In this document: positions 27,288-39,675 of the stretch, piece by piece | Layout of the letters: each line of letters starts with the position of its first letter | How positions within the stretch are numbered: position 1 is the stretch's first letter | Assembly: GCF_046119375.1 (NCBI RefSeq) | Contig: NW_027362771.1 | Location: 512,244,001-512,308,000 of the forward strand | Direction of reading: 5' to 3' | DNA from: Phyllobates terribilis | Lineage: Eukaryota | Length of the DNA stretch: 64,000 nucleotides | Position numbers and translations under genes: made by a program | Notes under the pieces: model-generated | Database searches by the model: none | Told to the model about the DNA's origin: nothing | What the model saw: only the letters and a program-made list of their open reading frames with translations

Positions 27288-27391
27288 CTGATGAAGCTTG
27301 CGATATACACGTTCACAAATGTGGCCATCAAATATTGACAGTCAAACCTATCCATGATACCTCCGTGACCCGGTATTGTGTTGGCAAAATC
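27288..27391 (-). CDS. cds2: cds2 exon 12 (104 nt; [35 protein letters not shown])
   Basis: Catalytic D-F-x4-PGHGG-x2-DRFD signature; cag| acceptor, |GTTAGT donor. Confidence 0.99.
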
Positions 27392-28261
27392 CTGTAAAAT
27401 AAAAAAAGAAAAAATTATATATATGCTGGCAGCATATACATGGAAAAATAAGAACATAAATGAACTTTCTATTTTATAATTTTAAGTTAGAATATTAAAG
27501 GAGTATTGCTATTTTATCATTAGGATATGCCCTCATGTATTGATTGCTGAGGGTCCAATCTTTGGGAACCCACCACCACAAATGATTCAGCGCTGTGGCC
27601 CCTACACGGCTTCTTTTCCCTGAGCAAGACCCAGCTGGGAGCTGAAGCTATCCCCATTTATTAAAAAGGTAGGCCCGCTGCAGCTTGTAGCAAAGAACTG
27701 AACAGGATGCAGCAGCGCTGACACCCAATCATTATTGACCCAGAAATAGGGTCCCCCTGCAATAATTAAAAGGTTATTGCCAATACCTACTCATGTCCTC
27801 GCTGCATAAAACAGGTTCAAGCAGTCAGACCACCATAGATTGAGAACAGGGCTCTGTAGAGCCACATCTTAAATAAAGCAGAGGTGCATGCTTGACCTCT
27901 GCTGAATTCATTGTCTATAGGACTGCTATGAATAGCCAAGTGCTGTACATCACTTTCTCTATCAGTTTTATAGACAATGAATGGAATGGAGATCGAGCAT
28001 GCTCACATCCGCTCTATTCAATACAGACACTCAGGCTCATTCTTCGGATCACTCGGGGTGCAACTCTCCCCTGAAGGGAGCGGATAAGTTTCAATAGAGG
28101 AAATAACCCTTTAAGTAATGGCATATCCTAACCTATGCAATCACTTACTGGAGAATACCCCTATAAGTAAATAAATGTGCACAGACTGGACAGTGGTGTA
28201 TTGCTCCCAGGCACATTCTCTAACGTTAAGACTTCAGGCTTCTATCAATGAGAATATTTAC

Positions 28262-28381
28262 TTTGATTTTGAAAGCTCTCTTAAATCCGCTGGCAAAGAA
28301 TCCCCCAAAAGGTCCAATGAGTGACGCAAACGTGGAGAGGGCAATGCTGTGTATTTGGAAGGGATACATCCAGACGGTCTT
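28262..28381 (-). CDS. cds2: cds2 exon 11 (120 nt; [40 protein letters not shown])
   Basis: [15 protein letters not shown] signature; cag| acceptor, |GTAAAT donor. Confidence 0.98.
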
Positions 28382-29187
28382 CTGCGGGAGATGAAAACAT
28401 AATGAGATGTTACATAATCCGGACATTCCCCCATTATAGTTCTACTCTTCAGATCATGTTCACACTGCTGCGAGTTCGTCCACTTGGATCAGTTTCTTTT
28501 TAATGACAAGAATATTGCTGCATAAAAAAATGCTAATACCACCCGTGTGACCTGGGTCTAATTGGTTTGGATACCTCTTTCCTCCCTTGTATGCTTTCCC
28601 CACAATTTATTCTGCCATCACGCACTATAAAATGATGATCTCAGAAAAACTCAGTAGCTGCATTTCTGTGGAAAGTTGGCAATCCAGTGCAAAGTCAAGG
28701 AGTCAAAACATTTTTTTTAACGAATGAGAACAATTTGGCTTTTAAAAACACAGTTTATGGCAAGTTCCTGCCACATCACAAAATATGGCTTTTCATAGAT
28801 ACAGTTCTCTGACTTTACTTGGAATGAAGCTGTAGTATAAAGAGAAAAAAAATAACCTACAGCTTTTCTTTGGATCATTTTAACACAAGACTAAACTTGC
28901 AACTTTAATAAGATCTGGCAAATCCCCATTCTCTGCAGAATGTACTTATCAAATATCACATGAGACACAAATATCAGGGCTGCATCTGTCATCTGAATTA
29001 CAGCCACTAGATGTCCTCGTTGTATTACAACCACGTGCACACACAGCTAAATGTTCCATTTAACAAAATCGCTATGTGCACTGCAGACTAGTCCCATCTC
29101 TCTGCATGGTTACTATTCACCATCATGTCTCTTATGTAATATTCCTGTAGTGTAAATCTCTAGTATTCACACTGTGGAATACATTAA

Positions 29188-29730
29188 AGAGCACCTGTCA
29201 GCAGGATTGTGCTCAGTAAACTACATACACTGTCAGGTGGGCACTGTTACACTGATTAATATGATACCTTGGTTGGTGAAATCTGTCCTGTGGTTCTTGT
29301 GTAATCTTTACTTTCAGTTTGGAGATCATGATATGCTTGTGCTTCGGGGCGGCCCGTGGGGGGGCGCTCTGCTTGCATATTCATCTGTATACTCTTATGA
29401 CCTCTCACTGCGCCTTCACTGACCTGCCTCCTATTTTACATAATGCATCTAGTAGTGCGGGGCTAGGTAAAATAGGAGGCAGGTCAGTGAAGGCGCAGTG
29501 AGAGGTCATAAAAGCATACAGATGAATATGTAAGCAGAGCACCAGATAGAGCCCCCCCCCACAGGCCGCCCCGAAGCACAAGCATATCATTATCTCCAAA
29601 CTGAAAGTAAAGACTACACAAGAACCCCAGGACTGATATCATCAACCAAGGTATCATTTTAAACAGTGTAATGTCGCCCACCTGACAGCGTATGTAGTTT
29701 ACTGAGCACAATCCTGCTGACAGGTGCGCT
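29188..29730. mobile_element. Kolobok/T2-like palindromic MITE (543 bp), cds2 intron 10
   Basis: TTAA|AGAGCACCTGTCAGCAGG ... CCTGCTGACAGGTGCGCT|TTAA; inverted arms of ~255 bp are highly similar. Confidence 0.88.
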
Positions 29731-30299
29731 TTAAGTCATAAAAGGTGTTACACAGTTCTGTAATTCCAATGATTTAGCCGTATGGTCCCCTTACACATTA
29801 CATTAAAATCTTCCGATTTACAGTGCGATCGGCTGGCAGCATCACGACTCTCTCCAGACAAATGATGTTGGGTAGTGAAGGATCCAACCTTCACAGATAT
29901 CCAGTGACCAATCTTTATTTTTCTGGGAGATGAACTGCCGCCAGAGGAGTCGGTCACAACTCTCTCGCAGAGAGACACAGGGGCACTCGGTCAAGCACAC
30001 TGTTCCTGTGTATAAAGGAGATAGCTACCAATAGCTATCTATTGTATACAGAGGGGTGGGTGGTCATTTAGGATAAGCCATGAATATTAGTTTGATGCAA
30101 GTCCAGATCTTACCACATCTGATGATCCGCTGTCTGAAGGTGTAGCTTCACAGTTTACAGGTACAGTACTGTATTTTCAGTAGCAGAAATGCCGGATATT
30201 GCTGCTGCGTCCTACTCAGCAAAATGGAACCGAGCTTCCCTTCAGCATAATGATTGGTAGGGATGACAGGAGTTGGCCCACAACAGACTAGCTCTTTAA

Positions 30300-31270
30300 A
30301 GGGAATCTGTCAGCAGGTTTTTGCTACTTCATCTGAGAGCAGTGTAACATAGGCAAAGAGACCCTGATTCTAGTGATGTATCACTTAGATTACTGAGTGC
30401 AGCAGTTGTGACACAGAGTTTAGATTTAGCAATGCAGCAGAGCTGAGAAAGCGTCCCCCACCCACACCAGGCTCTGTATATACACACATACACGGTCTGT
30501 AGACAGTGAGCTGATTATAAGAGGAGGGGGTGGAGTCAGACTAGCATGCACTGCTGTAGCTACTGTAGTTTAGACAATACAAAAAGAACACAGCAGCGCC
30601 CTATATGGGCCAAGATATATGCAAACACGATATTTAAACTACAGTGTTGCTAAATAAAATGTACTTACAAAAAATGAAGGTTCTTCGCTCATAAATTGGC
30701 CAATTTATGTATGCCCATCAACCATGGCAAGGTGACCTCCTTTGATGGGTCCTTATCCTCAAGCCACCCTTGGGTTGATGGGTGGAGTGCACAGTCAGAA
30801 AAGGAGCCTTATAGACAGAGAGGCATGCTTTCCCATTTTAAATTGTAGGCTTATAGCCCAAGAGTAGCATTAAGATAGGGACCCATCAGAAGGAGGTCAC
30901 CTTGCTGTGGTTAATGGGCATACATGAATTGGCCAATTTATGCGCCAAGAACCTTAATTTTTTGTAAGTACATTTTATTTAGCAACAATGTAGTTTAGAT
31001 CTCATGTTCCCAGTGTTTGCATACATCTTGGCCCATACAGGGTGCTGCCGTGTTCTTGTCTTTTTAGGTTATGCGGTAATTGCAACTTGCACCTGTTCCC
31101 GCTATATGGAGGTGCTGGTCAGGTTTTTTATAGTCTAGACAATGATAATCACCAGGTGATAAAACTTCCATTTTAAAGTAAACAGGACACAGCCTGACAT
31201 GTGACACATCGATGAAATCTGTGTTTTAACACCCACCTCATACAAGCAAAAAGCTGCTGACAGATTCCCT
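30300..31270. mobile_element. Kolobok/T2-like MITE of the 8125 family, carrying the nested insertion 30579-31130
   Basis: TTAA|AGGGAATCTGTCAGCAG ... CTGCTGACAGATTCCCT|TAAA. Confidence 0.8.
30579..31130. mobile_element. Penelope-type non-autonomous insertion with a long inverted head, nested in a TTAA MITE
   Basis: 13-bp TSD TAGT(T/C)TAGACAAT (30566-30578, 31131-31143); ~30580-30755 is the reverse complement of ~30870-31065. Confidence 0.6.
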
Positions 31271-31746
31271 TAAAAAGAAAATCTCTAATCTTTTATCTAT
31301 CCATATATCATTATATACATCCAGCTATATACAGTACAGTATAAAAAGGCTTCTACATACAGCTATATACAGGCAGTATATAGAAATACATACAGCTATA
31401 TAAAGTATATACAGGCCTCTATATATAGATAGACACATCTATATAAATATTATAATGTGTATATAGAAATATTGCTATCTATCCATTCATAAATAAAGAG
31501 ACAGAAAAATAAAAGCACTTTTATATACACAGATGGGAGAAAAGCCCTTAAGGTTATCACTAAAACTTCTTACATACAATAACTCAAAGAAATGGGCTAT
31601 TTTGAAGCATGGGCTTGTGAAAATTTTTCCATCTGACTTTGGAGCGCTGCCCCCACTGTTTGGAGTTTTGTATGCATGAACATAGACACGGATATACATC
31701 TGTATACTGGGAGTGTTATCCCATCCTTGGGATCGGGCGTCCTTAC

Positions 31747-31899
31747 CCAGCCGATGACAGACTGCAGCACGGCGGGGATATGATATTCCTGTAACTGGTA
31801 GAGCTCTGATGGTTCACAGTCCACCATGAACCGGTTGGTGTCGCTGTTAAACTCCACTGGGCAGACAAAGTAGCTGTATCCGGCCATGACATAAGACAA
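31747..31899 (-). CDS. cds2: cds2 exon 10 (153 nt; LSYVMAGYSYFVCPVEFNSDTNRFMVDCEPSELYQLQEYHIPAVLQSVIGW)
   Basis: ORF 31597..31899; tag| acceptor, |GTAAGG donor. Confidence 0.97.
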
Positions 31900-32440
31900 C
31901 TACAGGAGATACAAGCAGACGACGCTGGTTAGGATCAGATATCGCTGCAGACAGACCAGGACAGCGACCTCTACACAGCCAGCAGAGGACTAGTGACTTA
32001 TCAGCCACCATATCATACATGGGCCAAACATGCAACCTGCGTAGCCAGCGTTCAGTCTGAGCCCAACATAGAAACTAAAAATGGCTGGTAATGAGTGATC
32101 CCTCCCTTTGGTTTCTGATAAAGTTAGATGGTAACCAATCATAATCCATTCAACTTCCTCCAAATCTGCAGCCCAGTCCCAATCACTGGCACATTGCAAT
32201 ACCAGACATGGCCTATGGACAGGAGGGGCGCTGTTACTGAAGAAAGCGGCCTTGTTTTCTGAGTATAATAACCCCGCTAATAGATCTGTAATGGCACCAA
32301 CTAAGTAGTGGTGATATATACTGGCTGGAGACATCCCTCATTAGGCCGGACATTGCACATGGGTTATAAGCCTTAAATGGATTAAGTTCTGTGAGGCAAG
32401 AATAGAGGAAAGGAGAAGCAATCAGAAGCCGAGGACTTAC

Positions 32441-32509
32441 CAATATACCAAACACTACTGTAGAGAAGAAGCCCCCAATAAATCCTTCCCACGTCTTCTT
32501 GGGCGACAG
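32441..32509 (-). CDS. cds2: cds2 exon 9 (69 nt; [23 protein letters not shown])
   Basis: [12 protein letters not shown] cytidylyltransferase motif; cag| acceptor, |GTAAGT donor. Confidence 0.98.
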
Positions 32510-33232
32510 CTGGTGAGAAGAGAAAGAAGCAGAGCAGAAGTCAGGATACACGGCCGGGGGCAGGTTAGTAACGTTCCTATATGTTTCTCATAAAAGACCC
32601 ATTCTGGCAGCCTGCAGCCCCCAGGAGTGAAGTAAACTCAATAAATCTGTATGTAGTTATCAGACGCAGCGTCATCCCAGTAACTGCAGCAAGCAACCGA
32701 AATGTGTCCATCCAGAAGACATGGGTGTCCTCTATTAACAGATTAGGGTCACCTACTCTGTACGACCAGGTATTAAATGGTTGCGCAAGAAGGGGGGGAA
32801 CCAAACTGCACAAGGGTGTGCGTGTGTGTGTGTGTGTGTGGGGGGGGGGGGACAACAAATTGAGCAAGGGCTAGTAAGCTTTAGGAGTATGAAATATCTT
32901 CCACGATCATGTGGCTCTAGAGAAGTGTGCAGATCCCCATGATGAGCAGCAGCTCCCTATGTATCGCTGGGACCCTCAACAATTCAAAGCACAGGGTTCT
33001 GCACCTCCATTCCATTCATTCTCTACGAGACTGCTGAAGATAGAGCGCTGTACGTGGCTATACCCAGCTGTCCCAAAGACAATGAGGGCAGCAGAGGTGC
33101 ACAAGCTTGGACCTACGCTCCACTCAGAGCCCTCCTCACCACTGGCGGTCCTAGAGGTAGATATCCTGTGATCAGCGATTTATCCCTAATCCACAGAGTT
33201 ATTCAATTCTAGTACAACCCTGTTTGCCTTAC

Positions 33233-33320
33233 CTTAATAAGAGGAGTTCGGCCAAAGAAAAAGCCAAACATGTATGCCATGATGTCATTACAGATCACAC
33301 AGGAGATGGGCACTATAAAC
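33233..33320 (-). CDS. cds2: cds2 exon 8 (88 nt; [29 protein letters not shown])
   Basis: Manual translation, CTP_transf_1 signature ND..AY..G..FG; ttctgcag| acceptor, |GTAAGG donor. Confidence 0.97.
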
Positions 33321-33830
33321 CTGCAGAAAAAGGATGGACATGTTTAAAAAGGTAGAAAATGGCAAGATAATGGACAATGGTTCACCTTCCATAGTTATGT
33401 ATAATATAACAGGAGATACGCATCTCTGTCTGAAGCCTTTATAGACTGCGCAAGCACGACCCGTCTGCACAGTCTGGCTCCAGACAGAACGCATGGAGCC
33501 ATTACAGGCAAGAGGAGTGTATGGCGCTGGGGATCGCGGTATGCGTAGGCACTGAACGCATACCGCGATCTCCAGCGCCATACTTACCTGACCGGGAGGA
33601 GCGTTGCCGCGGCGTCTCTCTTCGCTGGAGACCGGGGACGGAGTGAAGGCGTTGGAATCGGCACATGTGCATAGCGCTATCCAGCGCCATTTTACTGAAG
33701 ACACATTTGCAGTGTCTTCAGCAAAATGGCGCCGGAAAACGCGGTATGGGCACGCGCGTACTCCGGCGCCACACTCCTCCCCCGGCAGAACAGGACACAG
33801 CAGCGCTGGAGCACAGAGAAGAAAGGCGAG

Positions 33831-34400
33831 TGTGGTAAGGCCAGGGACTGGAAATTCATATTCGCAGTTATGAAGGTCTCAGCAGGAATGCTAGTCTGTC
33901 TGACTTCAAAGGACCCCAGGAGAGAATTGAATACAGGTCAGCTAGGATATATACCTTTGTAGTGCAAATGCCTATCCTGACAAGAGTATGGGGGAGCTAA
34001 TTGAATCATGGCAATGAGGAATAGCTAATTGAATTACCTCTGAAGTCAGGGGAAAGCTCCTGTGTTAGATCAATTACCATGCGCACCTTACAATGAGGAT
34101 ATTGCTGGGAAATGGATTATGAAATGTCTGATAGAAGGGAAGAGGAGATTACATGTAAATCGCCTATTTTCTGCCCTGCCCAAGTTACGTATAAATGTGT
34201 CCCTCTGTGAGAGGAGGGGTCTTCTGTTGAGGGTCACCTGTCGCTACAGATGGGCAGAAAGACACAGGGAACCACCCTGGACCCATGACAGCACCCTTCC
34301 TGCCATGTCCAGAGACATTTGATGAAAGTGTGGTATATTCACTTTTATTCCTTTTAATTTTACTGTATCGTATTACTGCTTCCTTACTGTATTTGTCTGA

Positions 34401-34463
<63 letters not shown>

Positions 34464-34615
34464 TGTAACCGCTTGTATATATTGTACCTAGCATCGCTCT
34501 TTTGAGTAAATAAATATATAACATTTATAAGCTCGCTTCACATTATCCTAAACCCGGAACTCACGGAAGTTGTGAGGAAGGATCAGGGGCACGTGGCTCC
34601 GATCGGTTTGTGACA
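33831..34615 (+). mobile_element. Solo LTR (785 bp)
   Basis: TGT...ACA termini; 5-bp TSD GCGAG/GTGAG (CpG-type difference); internal TATA-like gtataaat, (TA)n and AATAAA. Confidence 0.7.
34404..34461. repeat. (TA)n microsatellite inside the solo LTR
   Basis: Direct reading. Confidence 0.95.
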
Positions 34616-35441
34616 GTGAGTATAAGTGTTTATTTTTTTGTATGTGTGCAGCGTGAAAGGGATGAGGGGTGCCACGCATGCCAGGATTGGGGGGGTAAGG
34701 GGTGCCACACATTCCAGGATTGGGGGGGTGAGTGGTGCCACGCATACCAGGATAGGATGGTGGGGACAGGATGGGGGCAGCACAAATACCAGGAGGGGAG
34801 ACCATATACCAATAAAAATGCTTGCCACCCAGGCGTAGAACGGGTTCAATAGCTAGTATATTTATAAGTGGATATAATAAGTATGAATGGACGCCAGGGA
34901 TTATGTAATGAGGCTCAGCAGCCATCACTGGCATTATGTTATGTGTTCCTATAGCACAGTCCTATTTGTCCCATTTTAGATTGCAGAGTTATATTATTTT
35001 ACATGGATAATGGGAGACTCTACTGTGGATTCCATCATCTTGTCAAAATGATGGACTTCTCAGAGGAACATTACGGCGCTGCTGGTGTCCACTGTGCAAG
35101 TGTCCGCAATCAGTATTTTATAGAAAACCTTATACGACGCAGTCTTCACCATGTTACAACCATTCTATGAGGATTTTGACCATGGGATAATTTTTTGTTA
35201 AAAGGGAACCTGACAGATTCCAGCTGCCCAAACCACAGGCATGAACCAGACACTGCATTATTGCAGCATTATACGTTTTACTCTTTCAGAGGAAACATAC
35301 TTAGACAAGTCAGCGAGGTACCAAGTGTCTCAGAAGACTAATCTGGGGCAGGTCCCTGGTGGCTTCTCCCGCCCTGCTCTCTACGACTGCCAGTTCTCTC
35401 CCTTTGTGGGTGTATAGCAGATTTTTTTTCACTGTCAGTAA

Positions 35442-36307
35442 GGCTATGTGCCCACGATGCAGAAATGCTCAGGATTTTTCCTGAGCGTTTCTCCATCTCC
35501 CTGGCAGAAAAAAACGCATGCGGATTGTACATGCGGATTGTACATGCGTTTTTCCTGCCAGGGACATGCGGATGTGAAGCGTTCTTCACATGCATTTCCG
35601 CATGCGGGTTGACAAGCACTTTCCAGGCGATTTTAGCATCACTTGGAAAGTGCTTGTCAACTTGGTCACACTATATAAATCCATGCAGCCGGCATGGATT
35701 TATATACTGTGACCGAAAGAATGGTAAAAAATAAATATCATACTTTCCCTCTGATGGCCCCCGGTGTCTTGATTCACTCCGTTCTCCCTTGCCGGCAGCG
35801 GTACACTGAAGGACCTGCCGACGTCAGCGTCGCGTGACCCGTCACATGACTATGATGTCAGCGCAGGTCCTTCAGTCCATCGCTAGCTGCCGGCAAGTGA
35901 AGACAAGGAGAGCGGGGACCGTCAGAAGGTGAATATAATATTTATTTTTTATTTTATTCTTTGTTTTACAGTTTTCTACGGTACCCGGGTCCGGAGGAGA
36001 GTCTCCTCTTCTCCAGACCTGGGTACCATCTGCACATTAGAACGCATGGAATGCGCATCTATATATACAGTGATACGTAATACATGCGATCTAATGCAAG
36101 TCAATGGCGGCGAAAACGCAGCACTTCCGCAAAATAATTGGTAGTGCTGCGTTTTTTTCCGCAATGATAATCCGCAGCGGACATTTCCGCAGCATGTGCA
36201 CAGCACATGCGGATTATCGTTGGGGACCATGGCAGGCCTTCTACCATGCGTTTAAGCGTTTTTGCCGCTGCGGAAACACTTAAAAAACGCATCGTGGGCA
36301 CACAGCC
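35442..36307. mobile_element. PIF/Harbinger-like MITE
   Basis: TAA|GGCTATGTGCCCACGATGC ... GCATCGTGGGCACACAGCC|TAA (3-bp TAA TSD). Confidence 0.82.
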
Positions 36308-36939
36308 TAAGTGTTCGCAAATGATGTACCCGTCTATTATTTCCCATAGAGTGACAAGGCAAATCACAAAATGCGCAAAAGAAAAATCACTAATGGCGCA
36401 TTGGAGGCAATCTCTATCTAAACAACTGATGTTCCGCAGATTGTGGCGATGCGCGCCAATATCTAACCCGTGTACCAGCATCCAGCTTCACAGAGTGATG
36501 TTTGGAACAGGAGATGTTTGGAACATGACTTATTTTTTACATATGAATCCATTCAAAAATTACCAAAATGTGTTCCTCAGTGGCCAGGTTTTTTAAAGAA
36601 GCACCTACAGTTATAATATAGACCCACATTAGTCCATTTAAGCCCTATCACAGACATGGGTCATTATGCAACAGCTAAGAATACGCAATTAATTTACTAT
36701 ATTGATATCTGAAATTTTACATAGGACTGCAGGTATATTTTTATCTTACTGATTTATCAAAACGGAAACCAAACAAATGAGCCAGAGCATAAATCGGTAT
36801 ATGCAACGTATAAGGTCACGTTCACACGTTCAGTATTTGGTCAGTATTTTACAGCCGTATTTGTAAGCCAAAACCAGGAGTGGAACAATCAGAGGTAAAG
36901 TAAAATAGAAACACGTCACCACTTCTGTATTTATCACAA

Positions 36940-37550
36940 AAAGATAGAAACAAAATGGGCTTAAGTAAATCGTAATTGAACATAAATAACATTGGGTACT
37001 TCGTAAACACTGTTTTTGATCGAAACAGCATAAAAACCATCCCACCGTGACAAGGTGTACCCCAATACTTACTACTATCACTAATTACTTATATAATGCA
37101 GGGTATAGGCTCATTTTGTTTCTTTCTTAGGTTTTGCCTGTGAAATGGCCATAGTGTGAAAATGCTCTTATATGTTGCATGTACACCATCTTATGCTCCG
37201 GTTCATTTCTTTGGTTTTGCTGTAGTTTCTTGTACTTTGTATACACAGGGGTGTAGCCCCTATTTTTGAGGTAGGCATTTAATTTAATAACTTCCCATGG
37301 CTGGGTGGCTGAACAGTCAGACCCCGGGTCCTGCTCTGCCCCATCTACATTGAGGTCGTCTAAGGTTTTAATCCTAGAGGATAGGACTATCCCGGTTGGG
37401 GTACACCTTGTCGTGGTGGGATGGCTTTTACACTTTATTTTATTTTTTTTTTTTAATCAAAAACAGTGTTACTAAGCACCCTGTGTTAGTTATATGCACT
37501 ATTATTATATACGTACTTACAGCAGGGGATATGCTCATTTTGTTTCTTTG
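36940..37550. mobile_element. Short repeat with an inverted head and terminal redundancy (Penelope-type architecture)
   Basis: 36940-37065 is inverted relative to ~37395-37545; gcaggg..tag/tgctcattttgtttcttt is repeated directly at ~37099 and ~37522; it truncates the MITE at 36815. Confidence 0.45.
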
Positions 37551-38489
37551 AGTTCGGGAACGTACAACGCGGAGCAAAGACTCAAATGATGAACACAGCA
37601 AGAACATAAACATAAAACTCTGTAAATCAGGCGAATAATTGGGTCGTGTCCAGATAATTCAGAACTTTATTCTTTTGACAAGGTCAAACATTCCCTCCAG
37701 AGCCGTCCAATGTCCTCATAAAGAGAGGACAATATAAATGAAACCCCCGGCTCAAACAGGCTTATAGACTGAGCAGAGAAAAGGCATCATCCAGAGGAGG
37801 TGGGGGAGGTCGGTAATTATAGGGTCGGCTGAATTGCCTAGTTAGACCTTTTATTCACTGAATGTCAGACGTGGAGACAGCTTTTTTTCCGACAATGTAG
37901 ATCATTGTGCTGTGAAAATGAACACTAAAAAAAAGAGAAGGATAAACCCCCCAGGGCAGGAAAAGACAGATTTTCCAAACATTACAACATCTATTTCTGC
38001 AAGACCAAGCTCTTCAGCTTCTGGCTCAGTTACTGCATTGAGTTGGCTTATAGGGCTTAGATAAGACAGTCCTTTTGTCCCAGGATGACGCTTTTTATAT
38101 TGCAGATCCCCTAATGGGGAAACACACCAGTTATTTGGGACTTTCAGAGCAGCAGTTTCCCTTATGGCTTGTACTTAGCAGGAAATATCAGGAGCAGACC
38201 ACCTATCCGGGGCTCCAATAAATTCTCTATTCAAAATAACATAAATGCAGAGTTTTGTGTATATGGATTGCTCTTATATAAACCTGGAAAACATTCTATT
38301 AAGACGCTGCAGTTCCCATTGTAACTGGTCTTTAGGGAGTGCAGCAGACGTCCGAGGAAACTATGTATAGTTATACCAATTTTTTTATCAATTGCCCACG
38401 TGTTCTGGGATCAAAATTTAGAAACAGCCAATTTTTACATTCCTGTGGTCCAGTGGGTCAGTTGGACCCTCAGAGGAGCGAGGACTTAC

Positions 38490-38572
38490 CAGATCATCCC
38501 CTCAAACAGGTTGTGAATTATTAGGTGAGACTGCGTGACAACGATCAGAAGAGTGACGTGAGTCCAGCCAAA
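38490..38572 (-). CDS. cds2: cds2 exon 7 (83 nt; FGWTHVTLLIVVTQSHLIIHNLFEGMIW)
   Basis: Manual translation; ttttctag| acceptor, |GTAAGT donor. Confidence 0.96.
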
Positions 38573-39028
38573 CTAGAAAAAGAAGAAGAAAAAAAATCAT
38601 TTAAGGAGCAGATGGACGCACAGATACATGTCAATCTGGATTTTCTCAGAAGTTTAACTATACATTTAAAATGTGCCATCAGTACCTGATGTAAGGGATC
38701 AAACTATTGAGCCCCCCACCCAAAATCCTCTGAATAAAAGGGGGCTGCAGCAGTAGTTACATGCAGGCACCTCCTATGTCTTCAGCAGAGCAAAAAAAGC
38801 CAAAATTGTAAGAATGAGAACGGACACACCGACAAATTATTTTTTCTCCATGGGTGGTTATGAGAATTATATATAAGAATAATAATCTTTATTTATATAG
38901 CACAGATATTATAGATAGCGCAACTGCCCATGGAGAATATTATATATATATATACATATATACATACATATATAATGGGTAGTTATGAGTTTTGCTATAT
39001 ACACACACAATTCTCATAACCACCCATT

Positions 39029-39186
39029 NNNNNNNNNNNNNNNNNNNNNNNNNNNNNNNNNNNNNNNNNNNNNNNNNNNNNNNNNNNNNNNNNNNNNNNN
39101 NNNNNNNNNNNNNNNNNNNNNNNNNNNNNNNNNNNNNNNNNNNNNNNNNNNNNNNNNNNNNNNNNNNNNNNNNNNNNNNNNNNNNN
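39029..39186. other. Assembly gap (158 N)
   Basis: Run of N. Confidence 1.
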
Positions 39187-39675
39187 TATTAGACAAAATG
39201 TGGATATATAAATTTTCTTTAACATACATGTATATATTAAGAAAAGTGTAATCATATATACACACATTTTTTCACCACAGGTAGTTATGATAATATGAAT
39301 ATATTATATATGTGTTATTTGTTTTGACACTATGATGGACGGACATATGTGTTCTACATCTGCTATTACTAGACACTGTGACTAGGATTGATTGCATTGT
39401 ACAAGTTGTTAAGCAGCGGCGAGCAGAGGTTTCTCTGATCTCCATCATTACTTCTCTGTCACATTTCCACTCTTAATCTCAAATTACTTCTGATCACCAT
39501 GCGGAAAGGGGAGAAAGCATCATCATTAGTGTTGAGCATTCCGATACTGAAATATCGGGTATCGGCCGATATTCGCGGTATCGGAATTCCGATACTTAAT
39601 TCCGATACTATTGCAATATCGTATACCGGAATCGGAAGTTCCCATAATGCAATGAGACATTTTCATTTTATTCAG

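Larger units (their letters stand above)
33395..34856 (+). mobile_element. Probable non-autonomous Helitron interrupted by a solo LTR, cds2 intron 7
   Basis: 3' end shows a degenerate GC hairpin (cccaggcgtagaacggg) followed by CTAG|T; no TIR or TSD; AT-rich 5' start; two long internal hairpins at 33519-33583 and 33683-33731. The 5' boundary is approximate. Confidence 0.5.

Noticed and set aside
33580-33590. U1 snRNA gene (ATACTTACCTG)
   Set aside because: Only 11 nt match; the following sequence is not U1. Reported instead as an antisense donor motif.
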